Below, piece after piece: positions 9,322-17,950 of a stretch of DNA of 32,000 nucleotides. The first letter of the stretch is position 1, and each line of letters begins with the position of its first letter. Position numbers and translations under genes: made by a program. This DNA comes from Crocosphaera subtropica ATCC 51142 (GTDB taxonomy: Bacteria > Cyanobacteriota > Cyanobacteriia > Cyanobacteriales > Microcystaceae): positions 3,660,001-3,692,000 of the forward strand of contig NC_010546.1 in the NCBI RefSeq assembly GCF_000017845.1, given 5' to 3'. Below the pieces are notes generated by a model. The model was not told the origin of the DNA, did no database searches, and saw only the letters and a program-made list of their open reading frames with translations.

Positions 9322-9376
9322 CACTGTTAATATAATCTTTATGTTGACATACATTGAAGGATTTTTATTAACAGTG
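9322..9376. repeat. 11-bp perfect inverted repeat with a 33-nt spacer
   Basis: CACTGTTAATA (9322-9332) and TATTAACAGTG (9366-9376). The spacer contains TATAAT (9331-9336) and TTGACA (9344-9349). Confidence 0.5.
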
Positions 9377-9496
9377 ATCGCTTTATTTATTTGTAACGAA
9401 ACAGTTTATTATATAATGATAATAATACCCAACTTTACCCACTAAAATCAGTAAATAAGTACGAGTTTTTACTTAATTTATGAATTTTTATTAATT

Positions 9497-10093
9497 ATGC
9501 TAACCAAAAAGACTCAAATCAGTATCTTAAAAACCCCTACTCAAGAAGCTTGGATCGAACAAGCAATTAATAATTTAGATACAATTTTATTAGATCATTC
9601 TCATTGTGAAAGAAAAGCAGCCAGTGTGGCTTTAAATTTGATGTTCCGTTATTCTTCTAATACAATGTTAGTGAGAAAATTAACAGCGATCGCACAAGAA
9701 GAATTAGAACATTTTGAACAAGTTAACCAATGGTTAGAAAAGAAAAAGATTCCCCTCGGTCCTTTATCGTCTCCCCCCTATGGTGCAAAGTTAAAAGCCA
9801 TTATTAGTACCCAAGAACCCCAAAGATGTCTAGATTCTTTAGTGGTTGCAGCCTTAATAGAAGCAAGATCCCATGAAAGACTGGGACTCCTAGGAAAATA
9901 TTGCCCTGATGAAAACTTAGCTAAATTTTACCGTAGTTTAATGGCATCAGAAGCAAGACATTATGGTATTTATTGGGTATTAGCTGATTATTATTTTGAT
10001 AGGGAAAAGGTACAAAAAAGATTAGAGGAATTATCTATTATAGAAAGTGAAATTTTAGCCATATTACACCCCGAACCCAGAATACATAGTTAA
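9497..10093 (+). CDS. miaE: tRNA-(ms2io6A37)-hydroxylase
   Basis: LLDHSHCERKAASVAL, EELEHFEQV, EARSHERL and SEARHYGIYW form the paired ExxH di-iron motifs and overall pattern of MiaE. The length is 198 aa. Confidence 0.82.
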   Translation: MLTKKTQISILKTPTQEAWIEQAINNLDTILLDHSHCERKAASVALNLMFRYSSNTMLVRKLTAIAQEELEHFEQVNQWLEKKKIPLGPLSSPPYGAKLKAIISTQEPQRCLDSLVVAALIEARSHERLGLLGKYCPDENLAKFYRSLMASEARHYGIYWVLADYYFDREKVQKRLEELSIIESEILAILHPEPRIHS

Positions 10094-10168
10094 CCTTAAC
10101 CCTTTTTTCCCTACTCTTGACTCCCTGCTTCCATGCAGTTCAAACTAGCCATTGAGATGACGGATCGC

Positions 10169-10426
10169 TTAGAGTTGACTAGGTGTTTCAGGAGCAATTT
10201 CTACCCCTTTTTTTTCTCTTTCTTTTTCTTGTTCTTTTTGCTTTAAAGTGTCAAATGTTTCTATGTCTACACCAATAGATTCATAAGCTTTTTTTAACTC
10301 TTTTTCAAATTTCTCAATATTTTCACCGTAACCAGCCCTTTCTGCTACGGTTGCTATATCTTTGCCTATATTGGCTCTTACACAGTCAATTAATTCGTTT
10401 TCATGGAGAGGTGTTGAAGCTGCCAT
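10169..10426 (-). CDS. hypothetical acidic/Lys-Glu-rich small protein
   Basis: The ORF is open to a GTG at 10441. The ATG at 10426 has GAGGA about 9 nt upstream. I recognise no family. Confidence 0.4.
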   Translation of the reverse strand: MAASTPLHENELIDCVRANIGKDIATVAERAGYGENIEKFEKELKKAYESIGVDIETFDTLKQKEQEKEREKKGVEIAPETPSQL

Positions 10427-10700
10427 AAAATTTTTCCTCACTCATTAACTAATATCACTAGTCTAAATCAAATCAACAACAAATTTAATCTATCTAAAAG
10501 CATAATTAGTAATGGAATAAAACCTACAAGTCCGATTAATTTAATGTGTCTTTGGATAGATGTATTTCCTTCACTTTCTAGTTTAGGTTTATAGTTGACT
10601 AGCTTTCTGACTAATCACACAAAACAAAATCATTACTGTTACCAAACCCGAATTTTGATTTAATATTTTGGTTAAATACTTATTAATAGAGAATATAAGG

Positions 10701-11771
10701 ATGAATGCTTTTTTATTAACTAGAGTTTTGCTACAATTTCAGAGCGAAGAAGATGATTTAATTGAAGAACTTTCTGCGGTTACTCGTACCCCAGATGGTA
10801 ACCTTTGGGTGGGTTCTGATGAATACCTTTCTCTAGAAAGATTAACACCAATGGGAAATAATATTTATGGTGGTCATAAAGTGTTTCACCTAAAAGATTT
10901 TATTGACTTATTTGACCATGATTCAGAAGTCGATATCGAAGGACTTGATTACTCTGATGGTTATATTTGGGTAACAGGTTCTCATAGTTTTAAGCGCAAC
11001 AAAACCAAAGGAAAAAAACCGAAAAAAGATATTGAAAATCTCTCAGAAATAGAAAGAGATCCCAATCGTTATTTAATCGCTCGAATACCCGTATTAAACG
11101 GCGAATTAGTCAAAACTTGTACTCATTCTGTGGACGAAGAAAACCCTTTAACGGCTGCTTCTGTGAAAAAAGTTGATCAACATAATTTATTGATAGAAAC
11201 CTTGGCAGAAGATGAACATTTAGGGAAATTTTTAACCATGAATATTCCCTCAAAAGATAATGGATTTGACATCGAAGGATTAGCTGTAAAAGATCATAAA
11301 ATATTTTTAGGGTTGCGTGGACCAGTATTAAGAGGTTGGGCGATAATCATAGAGATTGAATTAGAAAATTCCGCTCCTGGTGTTCTCACTTTCAAAGACT
11401 TAGGAGACGGTTCTTATTATCGTAAACATTTTCTTGATCTCAATGGGTTAGGAATTCGTGAACTATGTTTAAATGGGGACGATTTAATTATTTTAGCCGG
11501 TCCAACAATGGACTTAGAAGGGGCAATGCAAGTCTTTCGCCTCAAAAATGTCCTTGATTATAGTCATAATAGTTTGTGGGAACAAGAATCGGATGGTTTA
11601 GAAACTTTATTTAATTTACCCTTTACCATTGGTTCAGACCATGCTGAGGGACTAGCCCTGTACCTCTGTTTAGGTTATGAAAATGCCCTAATGATTGTTT
11701 ATGACTCCCCTAACGAAAATCGCCGTCCCCAAGACCATAGTATCTTTGCAGATGTGTTTCGCTTACCGTGA
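10701..11771 (+). CDS. DUF3616-like protein (probable beta-propeller)
   Basis: DIEGL-type motifs recur (DIEGLDYSDGYIWVTGSHS, GFDIEGLAVKDHKIFLGLRGP, DHAEGLALY), as I recall for DUF3616. The ATG at 10701 is directly preceded by TAAGG. The TTG at 10668 in the ORF track is less likely. Confidence 0.55.
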   Translation: MNAFLLTRVLLQFQSEEDDLIEELSAVTRTPDGNLWVGSDEYLSLERLTPMGNNIYGGHKVFHLKDFIDLFDHDSEVDIEGLDYSDGYIWVTGSHSFKRNKTKGKKPKKDIENLSEIERDPNRYLIARIPVLNGELVKTCTHSVDEENPLTAASVKKVDQHNLLIETLAEDEHLGKFLTMNIPSKDNGFDIEGLAVKDHKIFLGLRGPVLRGWAIIIEIELENSAPGVLTFKDLGDGSYYRKHFLDLNGLGIRELCLNGDDLIILAGPTMDLEGAMQVFRLKNVLDYSHNSLWEQESDGLETLFNLPFTIGSDHAEGLALYLCLGYENALMIVYDSPNENRRPQDHSIFADVFRLP

Positions 11772-11858
11772 GTTTAGACACTGCTTGTCCGAATTTTCCT
11801 TCAATTCTGTTCCGAAAAGCCTCATCATCTAGGGAATGCGCACCAAGACGACCACTTC

Positions 11859-11886
11859 AGTCTCTAATAACTTTTGAGAATCGGTA
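11859..11886 (+). repeat. 28-nt dispersed repeat, copy 1
   Basis: AGTCTCTAATAACTTTTGAGAATCGGTA matches 30806-30833 at 26/28 positions in the same orientation. Confidence 0.7.
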
Positions 11887-11899
11887 CAATTAACTGGTA

Positions 11900-11920
11900 G
11901 GGGCTTAATATTATTAAGCC
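11900..11920. terminator. candidate bidirectional terminator hairpin between convergent genes
   Basis: GGGCTTAAT-ATT-ATTAAGCCC forms a 9-bp stem with a 3-nt loop, 128 nt after the plus-strand stop (ends 11771) and 11 nt beyond the minus-strand stop at 11931. The flanks are only moderately T-rich. Confidence 0.4.
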
Positions 11921-11930
11921 CTATGTTTCA

Positions 11931-13031
11931 TTATTGAATAATAATCGGATTTAAGCCAATACTTCTAAGACTTTGTTCTGCTTTTTGAGCATTATTTTTA
12001 TCACTAAATAATCCCACTTGTAACATCGAACGACCTTGATAAGAGGTAGAAAACGCTTCAGGAAACAGCGATCGCACACGAGTCCTATCCTGACTACTAC
12101 TCACAGCAACCACAACCCGATAACTTTGAGAAGTTCGAGTATTACGTCCCGTATTAACAGCGTTAGGAGACGGAGGAGGAACCACACCATTAACATTTTT
12201 AGTCGTTGGGGGTTCGAGGGGAGGAAGTTCCGAAAAACTGGGTAACGGTGGAGGTTCGTTGGACACGGAAGGAATGGGCGGAGGGGGTAACGTATTCCGA
12301 GAAGGTTGAGAAGTTAAGCTATTCTCTGGAGATAGACGAGGGGGTTGAGAGGAATAAGAAGGGACAGAGGGGGGATTTTCTGCAGTAAACGTCTGTTCTT
12401 GTACTGGAGGATCAGACTCAGATACCATAACTGCTTCTGCCGACGAATCAGTATTATTATAAGCTGGCTGAGCTAAGATAGCGGTGCTATCCCCTGTTAA
12501 ATAGACATGGCCCAATACGTTGCCATTGTAAGCCCGTTGGGTGAATCGCCAACCGGGATCTAAATCAATCTTTAAAAATCCTGAAGCAACTCCGTCAGTT
12601 CTTCCAACAACAATATTTGGTTGACTGGGATCACTACGATGGGTTCCCACTAACACTAATTCCCCATTTCGTTCAACAATTCTTAACAAATAGTCCAGTC
12701 CTAAATCTTGTCCATCAATACGCAGAGAATAACCATTACTATCCGTACTGCGTTGACAACTACCAGCAAAGTTAAAGTTAAGCAGCAGGGGATCAACGGT
12801 GGTAACTGAATTTGATTCTATTTCTTCCCAACACTGTCGCTGTCCTGGTATTTGTCTTATGATGAGTAAATCATATTTATTATCACCATAAGGTCTTGCG
12901 ATCGCAATATAATCATCCTGGTTAACTTCTTGTTCATCAAAAGGAGATGCCTCAGAAGGAAACCAAGGAATCATTCCAGTTAATGCCAAAGTGGTAACAG
13001 CAACAAGTTTACCAATAAGTGTGAGTTTCAT
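11931..13031 (-). CDS. secreted protein with a DUF3747-like N-domain, Pro-rich linker and SPOR-like C-terminal domain
   Basis: The signal peptide MKLTLIGKLVAVTTLALTG begins at the ATG at 13031 (the ORF track start at 13070 adds 13 aa). The linker is PPPPIPSVSNEPPPLPSFSELPPLEPP. The C-terminus YRVVVAVSS...MLQVGLFSDKNNAQKAEQSLRSIGLNPIII resembles a SPOR fold. The DUF3747 name is from recollection. Confidence 0.55.
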   Translation of the reverse strand: MKLTLIGKLVAVTTLALTGMIPWFPSEASPFDEQEVNQDDYIAIARPYGDNKYDLLIIRQIPGQRQCWEEIESNSVTTVDPLLLNFNFAGSCQRSTDSNGYSLRIDGQDLGLDYLLRIVERNGELVLVGTHRSDPSQPNIVVGRTDGVASGFLKIDLDPGWRFTQRAYNGNVLGHVYLTGDSTAILAQPAYNNTDSSAEAVMVSESDPPVQEQTFTAENPPSVPSYSSQPPRLSPENSLTSQPSRNTLPPPPIPSVSNEPPPLPSFSELPPLEPPTTKNVNGVVPPPSPNAVNTGRNTRTSQSYRVVVAVSSSQDRTRVRSLFPEAFSTSYQGRSMLQVGLFSDKNNAQKAEQSLRSIGLNPIIIQ

Positions 13032-13255
13032 AGTCTCTACCATTGCATCATCACAACATGACTTCCACAAAATCGGGTGTGTCCATGTCTGCGATCATGA
13101 CGCATCTTATCCAGAGAATGTTGCTAAAATTGGACAGGTTCCCATCTGTCTATCCTTTGGTTTAATGAGTTTTTAATTAAAATAAGATAAAAACATATCT
13201 GTGCTAACGAAAGCTTGATTACCATGTAGGTTGATTTAATTATAAATTTAATTTA

Positions 13256-14257
13256 ATGAAAAAATTATCTTTATTGGCTTCTTTTGTCAGTATTAGTGGT
13301 TTAATATCTTCCCCTGCCATAGCCGCTCGTTTTTCAAGCATTTATGGGTTTGGGGATAGTCTAACTGATACAGGTAATATTAACCAGATTGTTGTTCAAG
13401 CAACAGGAGGAACCCAAACCTTTCCTCCTAGTCCTCCCTATTTTATGGGACGATTTTCTAATGGTCCGGTTTGGATAGAACTTCTTGCTCAAAAGTTAGA
13501 TGTTCCTTTAGTTAATTTCGCTTTTGGGGGGGCAACCACTGGATTTGAGAATACCCTTGATACCACATTACCTGGACTTCCTTTACCTGGTGGACTACAA
13601 CAACAAATTAATAATTTCGCTCTTAATAATCTGATCGCTGATCCTAATGCACTGTATGCAATTTGGGCAGGGGGAAATGATTATTTACCAACTAATAGTA
13701 TGGTATTTACTCCCTTTGATAACCCAACTCAAACTTTAAATAATATAGAAATGGCTATTAATTCTTTGGTAAAAATTGGAGCTAAAAATATTATGGTTTT
13801 CAATTTACCAAACTTAGGCGATATTCCCCTAAATAATGATTCTATAGATGGCGTATGTCCCGATAATAATCAATTTGATGGTGATTGTTTAAATGATTTA
13901 ACGCTGGCTCACAATCATGGGTTATCAACTTTATTATCTGGTTTTTCATCAGAGGTTAATCTAATTCGATTTGATATTAATACACTGGTTAGTAATAATA
14001 TTCAAAATCCTTCTCCTTTGTTTACTAATGTAACCGATGTTTGTTTTAATTTAAGCACCTTTGAAGTTTGTGACAATCCTGATGAATTTTTATTTTGGGA
14101 TGACCGTCATCCCACAACAGTTGGACATCAATTAATTGCAGATTCGGCTTTTCAATCATTAGCAGTTCCTGAATCTAAAACAATAGTAGGCTTGATAACT
14201 CTTGGCTTAATAGGTATAGTCAAAGTAATCAAATCATCAAGAATTAATCATGAATGA
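13256..14257 (+). CDS. SGNH/GDSL-family hydrolase with signal peptide and PEP-CTERM-like C-terminal anchor
   Basis: Block I is FGDSLTDTGN, block III is GGNDY and block V is FWDDRHPT. The N-terminal signal is MKKLSLLASFVSISGLISSPAIA. The C-terminus is VPESKTIVGLITLGLIGIVKVIKSSR. Confidence 0.8.
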   Translation: MKKLSLLASFVSISGLISSPAIAARFSSIYGFGDSLTDTGNINQIVVQATGGTQTFPPSPPYFMGRFSNGPVWIELLAQKLDVPLVNFAFGGATTGFENTLDTTLPGLPLPGGLQQQINNFALNNLIADPNALYAIWAGGNDYLPTNSMVFTPFDNPTQTLNNIEMAINSLVKIGAKNIMVFNLPNLGDIPLNNDSIDGVCPDNNQFDGDCLNDLTLAHNHGLSTLLSGFSSEVNLIRFDINTLVSNNIQNPSPLFTNVTDVCFNLSTFEVCDNPDEFLFWDDRHPTTVGHQLIADSAFQSLAVPESKTIVGLITLGLIGIVKVIKSSRINHE

Positions 14258-14264
14258 TCATAAA

Positions 14265-14438
14265 ATGAACATCCAAGAATACATCCAACAAACCTCCGTA
14301 ATTATTGAGTTGCCCATTGATTCTGAATCGATGCCAGGGGTGATTGATAATTTAACAAGAATTGCTGAAATTGCTAAGTTGGTTACTGAATTTGAACTGC
14401 CTGAAACTGTTGAAGCTGCTCCTATTTTTCAACCATGA
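14265..14438 (+). CDS. AtzG-like small protein (DUF4089)
   Basis: MNIQEYIQQTSVIIELPIDSESMPGVIDNLTRIAEIAKLVTEFELPETVEAAPIFQP follows the DUF4089/AtzG pattern (LP...PGV..NL......V.EF.LP..VE.AP.F.P). Its stop overlaps the amidase start (ATGA). The ATG at 14250 would overlap the lipase stop. Confidence 0.7.
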   Translation: MNIQEYIQQTSVIIELPIDSESMPGVIDNLTRIAEIAKLVTEFELPETVEAAPIFQP

Positions 14439-15805
14439 ATATCAATTCTTTAGATGCGATCGCCCTCAGTCAAAAAATTAAAAATAAAGAGATTTCAGCC
14501 AGTGAAGTTATTACCCAATTTACCGACAATATTGAACAGCAAAACCTGACATTAAATTGTTTTACAGCTATCCTAAAAAATCAAGCTGTTGAAGAAGCAA
14601 AAAACATTGATCAGAAAATAGCAAAAGGAGAAACCATAGGTATTTTAGCAGGTGTACCTTTTGCGGTTAAAAATCTTTTTGATATTGAAGGCATTATAAC
14701 CCTAGCTGGTTCAAAAATCAATCAAAAAAATACACCAGCAGCCGAAAATGCAACAGCAATTAAAAAGTTAAACGCAGCAGGAGCCATATTAGTTGGTGCT
14801 TTAAATATGGATGAATATGCTTATGGTTTTGTAACCGAAAATAGTCACTATGGTGCCACTCCAAACCCTCATGATTTAAGCAGAATTTCAGGGGGATCGT
14901 CAGGGGGTTCTGCTGCTGCTGTGGCTGCTAATTTAGTTCCTTTTACTTTGGGATCAGATACTAATGGCTCAGTTAGAGTCCCTGCTGCTTTATGTGGTGT
15001 TTTGGGCTTAAAACCTACTTATGGGAGGTTATCACGGGCGGGGACTGTTTTATTTTCTAATAGTTTAGATCATATCGGTGGCTTTACTCGTTCCGTGAGA
15101 GATATGGCAGCTATCTTTGATGTTTTACAAGGAGAAGATAAAACCGATCCTGTCTGTACTTCCTTGGCTCCTCAATTGTGTTTTGATAAGTTGAATGGGG
15201 ACATTAGTCGTTTAAAAATTGCGGTTGCAGGAGAGTATTTTCAAAAAGGGGCTGAAACAGAAGCTTTAAAAGCCGTTGAAACCGTAGCGAAAATATTAAA
15301 TATTAAGGAAACAATTAATATTCCAGAAGCTCATAGAGCTAGGGCTGCTGCTTATATAATTACCGCTTGTGAAGGGTCTAACTTTCATATAAAAAATTTG
15401 CGATTGCGTCCTCAAGATTTCGATACAGCCACCAGAGATCGCTTTTTAGCAGGGGCTTTTATTCCTAATACTTGGTATATACAAGCCCAAAGATTTCGCC
15501 GTTGGTATCGAGATCAAGTTAAACAAATTTTCCAAAAGGTTGATGTCATTATTGCTCCAACAACTCCCTGTGTTGCGACTCCATTAGGGCAAGAAACAAT
15601 GAATATTAATGGAGAAGAAATACTTATTCGTCCCAACTTGGGTAGGTTTACTCAACCCTTATCTTTTATTGGCTTACCCGTGTTATCTTTTCCTATTCTA
15701 AGACCGAATAAGTTACCGTTAGGGGTACAATTAATTGCTGCACCTTATCAAGAGTTAAAAATCTTACAAGTAGCAGCTTTTTTAGAAGAAAAATTGAACA
15801 TCTAA
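14435..15805 (+). CDS. amidase-signature enzyme, AtzE-like (GatA-like) amidohydrolase
   Basis: The amidase signature GGSSGGSAAAVAANLVPFTLGSDTNGSVRVPAALCGVLGLKPTYGR is present, along with the catalytic Lys context (PFAVKNLFD). It is 456 aa and translationally coupled to the DUF4089 ORF. Confidence 0.85.
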   Translation: MNINSLDAIALSQKIKNKEISASEVITQFTDNIEQQNLTLNCFTAILKNQAVEEAKNIDQKIAKGETIGILAGVPFAVKNLFDIEGIITLAGSKINQKNTPAAENATAIKKLNAAGAILVGALNMDEYAYGFVTENSHYGATPNPHDLSRISGGSSGGSAAAVAANLVPFTLGSDTNGSVRVPAALCGVLGLKPTYGRLSRAGTVLFSNSLDHIGGFTRSVRDMAAIFDVLQGEDKTDPVCTSLAPQLCFDKLNGDISRLKIAVAGEYFQKGAETEALKAVETVAKILNIKETINIPEAHRARAAAYIITACEGSNFHIKNLRLRPQDFDTATRDRFLAGAFIPNTWYIQAQRFRRWYRDQVKQIFQKVDVIIAPTTPCVATPLGQETMNINGEEILIRPNLGRFTQPLSFIGLPVLSFPILRPNKLPLGVQLIAAPYQELKILQVAAFLEEKLNI

Positions 15806-15884
15806 TCTATCAGTCCATAATACTATGACGCTCCTACCTAGCATAGAAGATGTTATAATTTGATCTGAAATTCAACACTTATTT

Positions 15885-16739
15885 ATGACAAACCCATCGG
15901 GCCTATCAGAAAAAATTGCTCAATTTTATGACACCTCAAGTAATTTATGGGAACAAATTTGGGGTGAACATATGCACCACGGTTACTATGGTAGAGGTGG
16001 TAATTGTAAACTTAATCGTCGTCAAGCACAAATCGATTTAATCGAAGAACTATTAATTTGGGCTAATATTCAAGAGTTTTCTAACTTAGTTGATGTGGGT
16101 TGTGGTATCGGAGGAAGTACCCTCTATTTAGCCGAAAAATTTAGTGCTAATGCAACAGGAATTACCTTATCTCCTGTACAGGCAAATAGAGCCACAGAAA
16201 GAGCTATTGAGGTCAAATTAGAAGATCAAGTCCAGTTTCAGGTAGCTGATGCCCTAAATATGCCCTTTCTAGACAATAATTTTGACCTAGTGTGGTCCCT
16301 AGAAAGTGGGGAACATATGCCAGACAAAGAGCAATTTTTTCAAGAATGTTATCGAGTTTTAAAACCTGGAGGTACGTTTATTTGCGCCACTTGGTGTCAT
16401 CGTTCTACTAATTCTTGGGCAGGAGAATTAACCGAAGATGAGAAACAACATTTAGCAGAAATTTATCGGGTTTATTGCTTACCTTATGTAATATCTTTAC
16501 CAGAGTATGAAACCATTGCCCATGACTGCGGTTTTAACAATATTAAAGTAGATGATTGGTCAATGGAAGTTGCTCCTTTTTGGGATATTGTCATTGACTC
16601 AGCATTTAATTTAGAAGCCATTGCCGGTGTATTAAATAGTGGTTGGCAAACCGTAGAAGGAGCATTATCATTAGGTTTAATGAGTCGAGGTTATGAACGA
16701 GGTTTAATTCGATTTGGTTTGATTTCTGGACAAAAATAA
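15885..16739 (+). CDS. gamma-tocopherol methyltransferase-like SAM-dependent methyltransferase
   Basis: FYDTSSNLWEQIWGEHMHHGYYG, RRQAQIDLI, VDVGCGIGGS, WSLESGEHMPDK, LKPGG and YCLPYVISLP closely follow Synechocystis slr0089 / plant VTE4 as I recall them. Confidence 0.8.
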   Translation: MTNPSGLSEKIAQFYDTSSNLWEQIWGEHMHHGYYGRGGNCKLNRRQAQIDLIEELLIWANIQEFSNLVDVGCGIGGSTLYLAEKFSANATGITLSPVQANRATERAIEVKLEDQVQFQVADALNMPFLDNNFDLVWSLESGEHMPDKEQFFQECYRVLKPGGTFICATWCHRSTNSWAGELTEDEKQHLAEIYRVYCLPYVISLPEYETIAHDCGFNNIKVDDWSMEVAPFWDIVIDSAFNLEAIAGVLNSGWQTVEGALSLGLMSRGYERGLIRFGLISGQK

Positions 16740-16782
16740 TGAGGTTTTGGTTAGGTTTCTTCTAAGCATTATTTAATCCTCA

Positions 16783-16835
16783 TATCTTGCACACCTTACA
16801 TAAAAACTAACTAACAGACTAGAGAGAATCAATTA
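16783..16835 (+). repeat. partial third copy of the 88-nt repeat family
   Basis: TATCTTGCACACCTTACATAAAAACTAACTAACAGACTAGAGAGAATCAATT aligns with the first ~55 nt of 30556-30643 and 28371-28458, with one 1-nt indel and roughly 70-75% identity by hand count. Confidence 0.55.
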
Positions 16836-16845
16836 ATTAATTATA

Positions 16846-17118
16846 TTAATGATGTTCAGAAAGTAACTTTTCAACCTTAGCTTCATCCACACGAGAAACT
16901 AACTTATTTCTTTCATGTAAATCCCTTTGAGTTTTTGTTAAACTAATGGTAGAACCAACCGTAAACGTTAAACCCATACCCATAAAAGCTTTAATCCAAC
17001 CATCAACGGGTAAATAAAGAATGCCAATAGTTGTTGTTGATATCGCTAAAATAAAAGATAACCAAGTTTGAATCACCCAAGCGGAACTATGATCTTGAGT
17101 TAAGTTATTTCTGCTCAT
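16846..17118 (-). CDS. YiaA/YiaB-type two-helix inner membrane protein
   Basis: SAWVIQTWLSFILAISTTTIGILYLPVDGWIKAFMGMGLTFTVGSTISLTKTQRD has two TM helices with the YiaAB-like pattern. The ATG at 17118 (MSRNN) is preferred over the start at 17163. Confidence 0.6.
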   Translation of the reverse strand: MSRNNLTQDHSSAWVIQTWLSFILAISTTTIGILYLPVDGWIKAFMGMGLTFTVGSTISLTKTQRDLHERNKLVSRVDEAKVEKLLSEHH

Positions 17119-17950
17119 GTTTTTATAATCTCTTTGTGTCAACGAGAAACAAAATAATATCACAGGGAAGATGAAATCAGCAAAGCTAAAAAAGTCTCTC
17201 TAATATAGAGAATAATCGATAAAAACGAAAAATAGTATGGGATAAGGGACGGTTTTTAAATTGGGTAAAGTCAGGTTCTGTAACCGCAAATTCTATGTTA
17301 TCTTAGTTATCTTTACTGCATTTGCTATGTTATCTCGAACAAACTGTCCTGTAACTTTTTCAAGATACTCGTCAGTTGCCTTTCGGCAACCACCCCAGTC
17401 ATAGTAGTCATCGAGGATAATACTTCCACCTACAACCAGCTTAGGGAAAATGCGTCTTAAGCAAGTCATGACAGGATCATACCAATCAACATCAATATGG
17501 GCAAACGCAACAGATTCTTCAATTTTCAACGTATCTTGAACTAAACCTTGAACCATTGTTACAGATTGTTTTTTACAGTTTATTCCAAAACTCTGAAAAT
17601 TGGATTGAACAATCTCATACAAATTATTTTCATAACCATAATACTTATCTCCACCAATCCCATCTGATTTACCTTCTACAATGATCTTATAACGTTCATG
17701 TACTTCCTCTGTGTCTTTTTCTGTCGGAGGTGGAATCATACCAAACACATCATAAATATACATGGGACGTTTTGAACTTTTTAGGGTTGCAATTAAAATT
17801 GAAGAACCTCCAAGAGCGCAACCTGCTTCAAGAAAAATTCCTGGTAATTTTTCTTTCTCAATTGAACGGCAGGTTTTTGAAATGTTAGTCAGTTTTTGTT
17901 CTGATAGATAGGTAAGTTTCTTAGCTCGAATTCGAGATATAGCGTTTCTA

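Noticed and set aside
10169-10441. Possible Nif11-type leader peptide or RiPP precursor
   Set aside because: The helical N-terminal half superficially resembles Nif11 leaders. However, there is no Gly-Gly cleavage motif, no Cys/Ser/Thr-rich core and no adjacent processing enzyme. I kept it as a hypothetical protein.
12036-13176. ORFs 12036-12245+, 12206-12388+ and 12991-13176+
   Set aside because: The first two are antisense to the Pro-rich linker of the secreted SPOR-like protein, where the Arg/Gly-rich translation is an artefact of the complement of CCN codons. The third spans the gene's 5' end and promoter region and has no motifs.
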